This document shows positions 34,346-41,152 of a DNA stretch of 41,152 nucleotides, one piece after another. The notes under the pieces are model-generated. The model had not been told where the DNA came from. It saw only the letters and a program-made list of their open reading frames with translations, and did no database searches. The number at the start of each line of letters is the position of its first letter. Positions within the stretch are counted from its first letter, which is position 1. The translations under genes were made by a program, and so were the position numbers. Origin of the DNA: Coniocarpon cinnabarinum (taxonomy: Eukaryota); contig JAVECO010000195.1 of assembly GCA_051942205.1 (NCBI GenBank), positions 1 to 41,152 on the forward strand, given 5' to 3'.

Positions 34346-34757
34346 TGAAGGCTATGATATAATGTGCCAACAGCCCGGCACAATCGCTTTCTGCCGGAAG
34401 CGCGCTGATCACGGGTTGCCGAATAAATCCCTGAATAGCCTGATAGCCATCCGTGCCATCTATAAGGTAGCTGGCATCAATATTCGAGACCCGGGGCGAA
34501 CAGGTCACTCCAGACCCTTGACAGGGCTCGAGGAACTCTGAAATGCAAATGTGTCAATGGCGTGACATTGATTGGGGAAGGAAAAAAGACACGCGCTTAT
34601 GCGGTGTCTAACCAAATTGTTCCATTGCTTTAATGTTTAAACAACTTTCCCTACGCAGCACAGATTCAACGAGAGTCCTTGCAACCATGCCGTACTGATT
34701 GAGCTTTTCACAGACTATCGAGCTCATCGGGAAGTATGACCGTGACTTGAACGTTTT

Positions 34758-37700
34758 TCAAGACCGTCCAACAGCGCTCCTAAAGCCCTCCACATTTCGA
34801 ACTAGAGTCCTCACCCTCGTCAACAAAGCCCGCTCTGCAGGTTTCTCTTCAGCAACACGCATAAACTCGTCACCCAATCTATCCTTCAAGACGTCCATCA
34901 TGCGTGGTGCATACTCTACAATCTGATCGTCCTGAGGGTCAACGACCTTAAGTACCGTCTCCAAATATGCCAACTTTTCTTCCATGCATCTTTGGCCCAG
35001 CATGTTGCATATCGCAGCTGCGACTGAGAGTTGAAGAATCGAATTCAGCCGGGGAATCAAGGCTGTAGGATCCACGGTAGTGAAGACTTCTTCAAAGATC
35101 TTTTCCTGGTTGACAGATTGGAGCCAACGAATTGTGGCTTCCGCCGGACGGTCCTCAACAACGCCCCGTGCAATCTCTTCGAGCTCTCGATTCTCTGCTT
35201 CCTCGATTTTGATAGAAGCTTCGCCCGAGTTGGCCATGTTGTCGCTGCGTTGTACAGTATTTGCACCTGCAGCTTCTTGTCGCATCTGCTGGATCTCGAT
35301 GCGTATTGTCGCTAATTCTTTGTGCAGCCCGGCTTGCATGCTAGCCATGTCTGTGATCGTAGAGACCAACTCCACATTGGAGCGGGTGAGTTGATCAAGC
35401 TTGGCCAGATCCTGCTTACTCTGTACCTCTACTTGGCGCAGTTGATCGAGGACGCGACGTTCCACCTCTGTTGTAGACGCGCGGGCGGCATCGATAGCTG
35501 TTTTCGTGAAAGCAGGGACAATGGAGGATTTCAAGTTGTTGTTGAGCTGTTTCTCCACCTGTGGCGCCAGTTTGGCAGCAACGTGCTCTGCAATGGTTTG
35601 AAGAACGCCAGGTGACTGGAGGGACTTGGCAATTGCATCAGGCATCGAAGCCTTTAAGGCACCCGGAACCGACTGAGCGACCTGATGTGAGACAGCGTTC
35701 GGTACCTTGGCTTCCAAAGTTGTTGTAGCTACATTAGATATTGACGGAATTACCTGCTGCTCTATGCTGGAGGATACAATTCGGTGAAGTGTTTTCTCAA
35801 CATTTTCTGTGAGTGTGGCAGAAACTAGCCGCAACACGGTTTCAAGACGTGTGTCGTTAGCGACCTCTGAAATGCGGCGTTGCTCATCCATGCGGTCGTA
35901 GAGCTGGTTCATTCGATCAGTCAAAGCGCTAATGTAAGAATCAGGCGCCCCCGCCCCCTCTTCAAGCCTAATGACCGCCGGCGCAGCCACAGTAGCAGGT
36001 GGAGCTGTGGATATTGCGGTACCGTTGGCAGAGACAGAAGTTGGCTGGGAGTTCGGCGAAGCACTCGGTCCAGTAGCCCGTGATAGAGCATCGGCATACG
36101 ATGGCGGCTTCGCAGCAATGGCTTGAGATTCCTCATTCTTTTTCCTCTCCGCCTTCTTCTTGTCGGCTTTTGACATGGCTGGTATCTCTTTAGAAGTTGA
36201 CGAGGGCTCGACGGATTTTGAAAGTGCGGTGTCAGCATCCTGATAGCCTTCTGTCTTGTCTGGCGGTTTGGAAGTTTGCTTGCCTCCGTCAACGGCGCCT
36301 GATTCAGCTGTGGTTCCAGCTTGCAGTTCGCCGATGATAACCACTCCTTCCGCTTCGGCATCACGCCCATCAATGACTTTGCCGTCCTTGTCCCACCCAA
36401 AATCTTGCTTCTTGAGATTGAGACACGTCACGCCTCGCGAATGCATCAGGTATACCTCGAATACAGTCTCATCCTCGTTAGCGTCCTTGTCAGATGCTGA
36501 CTGTGAAGCAGGCGAGAGTATGTCTATGCTTCTCATGTTCCCGATGAGATCCAACGAAATTTCTCGTATGCCGCTCATAATGGCAGTCGAATCAGGTCTA
36601 GGTATGCGAGATTCTTTGTTGTCCAATGCATGCAGATAGCTTGCTTGGGACATCGATGGCACAGTATACTTTGGTGCTGACAGATGGATCAAATAGACAC
36701 TATTGCGTGTCGGATGACCTACGATTATGATGCCAGATTTGGCGTGATAGGCAATACTGCAGATCGCGTCCGTCTCGTGTGCGTGGGGAAGGTTAATCTC
36801 CTGTACGGCTTTGCCAAGACCTAAATCCCAGAGCTGAAGCGTATGGTTCTGCTTGAGGCCAACCAGAAGGTAGCGAGAGGCGATTCCCTTTGCAGTGGGA
36901 CGATCCTTGTCGACGAATTGGACAGAAGTTGGCCAGGCTTTGGTGCTGCTTGGTGCAAGCCACATTGTCATCACAGGAACTTTGGTTTCCATGTTGATAG
37001 GTCGGGCGGGCAGTGTCTCATTCGCCAGCGCTAGGTGATCAGTGATGTCCCAGAACTTGAGTCGTCCATGCTTGTCCAGCGAAGCAATAACAGTGTCATC
37101 CTCACTAAACGTGAAATCCTTCCCAGCCTTGCCAGTCGCGATCTTGAGCAAGCGCTGGCTCAGATACTTTTGAGTATCAATCACGCGAGTCTTGAAGTCG
37201 ATGTAGGTAGAGGAGCTCGCAACTGTTGGATAGATCAGATATATGCTTTTTCCCCTCCCATATGCAAAGAAGTCTGGATGGCGAGAGCTCTTTCTAACGC
37301 GCGTCTTGAGTTGAGAGGTTGACGTATTTTCGTCTGTCGATGGCAGTGGGGGCATTACGAAGCCTCTTCTATCAAGATCAACGCCTTCCAGGGACTCGTC
37401 TTGGTTACAGGGAATGCTTGTCCAATAGACTGTGCCATCTGTGCTAGTGGCTAGGACCGTCTCAACAAGTTCGTTGTTCATCTTGAAGCGTGGCGAGTAG
37501 CTGATGGAAACATTAAAAATCAAGTTGTCGGAACCACGAAAAATGGTCTTGTTGCTTCCGTCCTCTTGTCGAATAACTCGGAAGCCGCCACCTTTGGCCA
37601 TGGCATACACAATGTTGTTTGGTGAAGCCGATGCTAATGTGCGATCCACTTGATCGAACTCTTTCTTAAGGGTAGCGATCTTCATAACCACATCATTGCG

Positions 37701-38612
37701 TATGTGCACCGGTGTGGATTCATTGCCTCTGATCTCAAGGGATACAAATGGACGCATGGGCAAGTTAAACACCTTAACGATGTGTTGCGTTCCCATGTCT
37801 TGCCCATCGTCGGCTTCTGCAGATTCCCAGCTGTTGAGAACATCGTCCCGTGCCACAACTTCTGCAGTTTCTTTCAGTGCGTCAACAACTGGTTTTGAGA
37901 GAGCATTTTCAAGCTCGCTCTTAGTCTTACCATCCTTGAGCTCATCGTGAATCTCTTCCGCTGCGTCATGCACGGCTTCTTTCAACGAGTGGGGGTCAAG
38001 ATTCGCAAGAGCGTCAGCTACTTCGTCTGCGGTATCCCCTATTGCTGCTGACTTCACTGCCGAAGCTGCCTCGGCTTCGGATTCTCCCGCCGAGGATTTG
38101 CTCTGCTCCATCGTTGGGCGCTCAGTCGTTTTCCTGGAGCCAGTGCCAGACCCAATACCCATAAGAGCTTCCAGCTGGCTTCGGCCATCAGGAAGTCTCG
38201 ATGGTGCAGGAGACTCGTCCTTCGGAGAGACGCTGGCACCAAACTGTCTCATCGGATCGCAAATGCCGCGAGAATCCGAGACACTGCTCCTCTCTGCAAC
38301 CTTATTTTGTCCTGATACACTGGATTCTGAGCGCCGAAGAAGATTCAAAAGTACGTCCTGGGGGTTATTTGCGGGTGACGAGGAGTCGAGCTGACGTGCT
38401 TGGCTTGGTAGAGGCGATAACGTGCGCTGCCCTCCAGAGTCCGCATCAAATAGGGTTGTATTGCCATTCTGGCCCACAGCAGGGATCGCAGATTGGGAAT
38501 TTTGTCGTGATGGTTGTTGATTAAACTTCAGAAGATTGAGTAGGGAAGCTGTCCTGTCACAGTTACCACCTTCGGACGGTGGTACATTGCCAGTTTCAAG
38601 ATTGGAGCTCAT
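34758..38612 (-). CDS. pdc1: EDC4/Pdc1-like mRNA decapping scaffold (beta-propeller + coiled coil)
   Basis: 1284 aa intronless ORF with a disordered N-terminus. Propeller motifs PMRPFVS, KKEFDQVDRTL, GKAGKDFTFSEDD, QNHTLQLWDL and GHPTRNS are followed by a helical C-terminus with LSVAA. Confidence 0.78.
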   Translation of the reverse strand: MSSNLETGNVPPSEGGNCDRTASLLNLLKFNQQPSRQNSQSAIPAVGQNGNTTLFDADSGGQRTLSPLPSQARQLDSSSPANNPQDVLLNLLRRSESSVSGQNKVAERSSVSDSRGICDPMRQFGASVSPKDESPAPSRLPDGRSQLEALMGIGSGTGSRKTTERPTMEQSKSSAGESEAEAASAVKSAAIGDTADEVADALANLDPHSLKEAVHDAAEEIHDELKDGKTKSELENALSKPVVDALKETAEVVARDDVLNSWESAEADDGQDMGTQHIVKVFNLPMRPFVSLEIRGNESTPVHIRNDVVMKIATLKKEFDQVDRTLASASPNNIVYAMAKGGGFRVIRQEDGSNKTIFRGSDNLIFNVSISYSPRFKMNNELVETVLATSTDGTVYWTSIPCNQDESLEGVDLDRRGFVMPPLPSTDENTSTSQLKTRVRKSSRHPDFFAYGRGKSIYLIYPTVASSSTYIDFKTRVIDTQKYLSQRLLKIATGKAGKDFTFSEDDTVIASLDKHGRLKFWDITDHLALANETLPARPINMETKVPVMTMWLAPSSTKAWPTSVQFVDKDRPTAKGIASRYLLVGLKQNHTLQLWDLGLGKAVQEINLPHAHETDAICSIAYHAKSGIIIVGHPTRNSVYLIHLSAPKYTVPSMSQASYLHALDNKESRIPRPDSTAIMSGIREISLDLIGNMRSIDILSPASQSASDKDANEDETVFEVYLMHSRGVTCLNLKKQDFGWDKDGKVIDGRDAEAEGVVIIGELQAGTTAESGAVDGGKQTSKPPDKTEGYQDADTALSKSVEPSSTSKEIPAMSKADKKKAERKKNEESQAIAAKPPSYADALSRATGPSASPNSQPTSVSANGTAISTAPPATVAAPAVIRLEEGAGAPDSYISALTDRMNQLYDRMDEQRRISEVANDTRLETVLRLVSATLTENVEKTLHRIVSSSIEQQVIPSISNVATTTLEAKVPNAVSHQVAQSVPGALKASMPDAIAKSLQSPGVLQTIAEHVAAKLAPQVEKQLNNNLKSSIVPAFTKTAIDAARASTTEVERRVLDQLRQVEVQSKQDLAKLDQLTRSNVELVSTITDMASMQAGLHKELATIRIEIQQMRQEAAGANTVQRSDNMANSGEASIKIEEAENRELEEIARGVVEDRPAEATIRWLQSVNQEKIFEEVFTTVDPTALIPRLNSILQLSVAAAICNMLGQRCMEEKLAYLETVLKVVDPQDDQIVEYAPRMMDVLKDRLGDEFMRVAEEKPAERALLTRVRTLVRNVEGFRSAVGRS

Positions 38613-39119
38613 GTTCGTACGTCAGATGAGACGGCTAGAAGGAAAGTCCAGCCAACGAAAATCTAACAGCAAGTCAGCCGGGATTTCATGTCCTTGCATG
38701 CGCACACATACTTCAAGAAGGTGGACGCTTTGTGCCTACTGCTGTAAGACCAGAGTTATGATGTTTTGGTTGGCGCCGGTATCTGGCAACTGACGAGCTC
38801 GCAAGTCGCTTTTACCGCGATTACGAGCAAACAGACAGCCGGAATCACCTTTTGTCGCTGTGGCAAGCTAGTACAAACGTGATAAATGGAGCAATGACTC
38901 AAGTCTCCAAGAGCCACCGCGGATCAAAGCGTGAAAGGCCACAAGGACCGAATGTAAAGGTGAAGAGAGTGCATCCACAAGAACACACCTGAGTGCGTCG
39001 AAGTTCTCCCACACCAGAGATGCCGGCAGGGTCACTTTATGTTTTGATGTGCTCAGAGCTACCTCCCTACGCGACCTAGAGAGAGGGTCCTTAAAGCCTC
39101 ACCCGACGGCGCGGCACTA

Positions 39120-39522
39120 AATTCTGCACTAACCTTTTTATAGTGAGGTCTCTACTAAAATAAGGTCTCTATAGAACGCGCTTACGCGTCTTTCTTTGTA
39201 TACTTCTTACTGTATAAATATTATAAAATAAGAAGCGTGTTAAAGCTAGAAAAAACGTATATTTATTAAATTTAGGCGTATTATTTAATATATAGTTATC
39301 TCTACTCTATTATATTATCGCTGCCCTTACTATTGCTATTACTATTTCTCTAAATAAGATATAAGAACTATAATTACAATTATATAAGGCTATAGAGGTC
39401 AATTTACTACTAGTATAAATAAGTAGATTAACAGTATTATTAATACTATAGACCCTCTACTACGCCGTACTAGTACATATATCCTCTAGAAGCACAAGAG
39501 CTAATTAAAGAAGTTTAACTAT
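39120..39522. mobile_element. RIP-mutated repeat relic, older than or interrupted by the LTR element
   Basis: AT-rich, TpA-rich, CpA/TpG-depleted, no ORFs. Confidence 0.7.
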
Positions 39523-39708
39523 TGTGAGAATTCAGACCTGGATGCAGGGTATCACGTGATGCGATAGGGTATACAACCCTAAGGGCTTAGCACACAATTA
39601 TTTAAGATAGACTTGTTGCAGAGAAGCTTCCTTCTTCTCTATACAACGTCCTTTGTAGTTAGGCCGTCCTTAGGTAGTAATAAGAGCTTCTAGGTCGCGA
39701 TCCTTATA
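39523..39708 (+). repeat. Putative 5' LTR (~186 bp)
   Basis: Starts TGTGAGAAT and ends ATCCTTATA (likely ..TACA before RIP), giving imperfect inverted termini. Internal TATA-like ATTATTTAAG. A PBS-like sequence follows. Confidence 0.6.
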
Positions 39709-41152
39709 TTATGTTGTATCTACCCTTCTACCGCTCTAAGCAAGCGCAAACTGCTTAGCCTCTAGTCTAGTCTCTAGTCTAGTCTAGTCCCTAGTCTCTA
39801 GAGCATCTAACAAGATAGCTCTTTATTAAGAAATACCTCCTAACGGCTAGTAGACCGCCGCTTAGTTAAATAACCCTTAGAACTTCTAGTACGCAGTTAT
39901 AATAGACTTAAGTCAAGTTTTTTAAATACTCTAGCAATCCTAGCAACCCCTAGTCTAAGTCCTAACCTAGCAGCTAGTATTAGGCATCTAAGACCTAGTC
40001 TAGGCCCTATAGATACTCTAGAGGCCCTAGTCGACAACCTCTAAGATTCTAGACCTAGAGCTATACAATAGAGAGCTCTAAAAGCTCAAACTTTTTATCT
40101 TAAAGCTCTTAAACAAGATTTAAGGCAATATTAAGCTTTTTCTAATAGAGACGTCTAAGGTTTAATATACCTATTTAAGGCTTTTAGACTAAGTAGTATA
40201 ATAAGTTTAGACCTAGTTCTATAGCCTAAATAACCCCTAGTAGTAATCTATAGTCTAGACGTTTAAGCAATTTATTATATATCTATAGACCTACTTCTAA
40301 GACCCTAGTGCCTATAAGTAAGCAAACTATAAGCTCTTAAGCCTAAAGCAAAAGAACTAGCCTTTTTATAAGTTTCTAGTAGAGTTTAAAGATACCTTAT
40401 AGAACTCTTCCTATACTAATTAGCTATAGTACATAATACTATTTTTTTAGGATAACGTCTTAAATAAGCTATAAGACTTATTTATTGTATAAGCCCTACT
40501 AATAGACTACTAAGAATTCTGCTATATCTACAAGGAGCGAGACATATAAATTTAAGCTCGTTAAGCTACAACTTTAGTATAGGCATCCTAAAGGCTAATT
40601 AGCCCTATCTAGGCTCTAAACCGTGCCTAATCTATTCCTAGCATAGCCCTAGTTCGCACCGCTCCCGCCCCTCTACTAAAACTATAATTTTTAGCCGCCT
40701 AGCCTAGTAGCAAGAAGACAGTCTTCTAAGAAGGTAATCGTATAGATCTTAACTAGTAGTTATAGTAAAAGGGTCTAAATAGACGTATTACCTAAGCCGC
40801 CTAAGATATACGCCTAGTACTAGGCTATTACCTTTATTACAATTAACTAGGTTATATTATAATTTATTATTCTCTTAGTACAAACGTTTAAGCGTCCGTA
40901 GCATCCCCCCCTTCTAGGTCCTAGTCTGCTACTAACTAAACTCTAGATACTAGCCTAGTCCCTCCTCTTTAGTATAAAGAATAGTTAAAAGAGTAGCTCT
41001 TACTAAAAGTCGTAGGTAAGGGCCTATATATAAGAAATTTACCTAACTAGTTAAATCTATTAACCCTTAACTCTAAATTAACCTCTAAGTAAATAGGCAT
41101 ATATTTATCTTAGCTATAGTTACTAGTAGACTAATTAATACTTTACTTAATA
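39523..41152 (+). mobile_element. RIP-inactivated LTR retrotransposon (probably Ty3/gypsy), truncated by window end
   Basis: LTR followed by C-rich sequence saturated with CTAG/TAA/TAG (mutated CAG/CAA), with TCTAG tandem repeats at 39761-39800. No intact ORF. Confidence 0.65.

Noticed and set aside
2250..39120. Starship or other giant mobile element; functional gene cluster (UPF1+EDC4, CSN7+F-box)
   Set aside because: No tyrosine-recombinase captain or terminal repeats, and the genes are core housekeeping. The functional pairings are non-adjacent and plausibly coincidental without synteny data.

Overview
Eukaryotic DNA from a filamentous ascomycete (Pezizomycotina; Dothideomycete-like is an inference). 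A compact, GC-balanced island (~2255-39100) holds 16 genes, most with short GT-AG introns that I reconstructed by hand. In order they are: Artemis/SNM1C-like nuclease, CSN7, STB6-like, GCN5, Pof3/Dia2-like TPR-F-box-LRR, HAD-IIA hydrolase, UTP11, an AMPK-CBM-like protein, RCF2, UPF1, two small hydrophilic proteins, an NmrA-like reductase, a Yox1-like homeobox factor, HPM1 and an EDC4/Pdc1-like scaffold. Both ends are very AT-rich, TpA-rich repeat relics with the hallmarks of RIP. The left block contains a ~510 bp fold-back element. The right block contains an LTR whose PBS looks self-priming. I found no clear multi-gene novel system. The best unexplained signals are a GC-rich multi-hairpin exactly at the left AT/GC border, the fold-back element, a hairpin cluster upstream of UTP11, telomere repeats inside a predicted CSN7 5'-UTR intron, and several unusual splice acceptors. 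All product calls come from motif recognition, not database searches.
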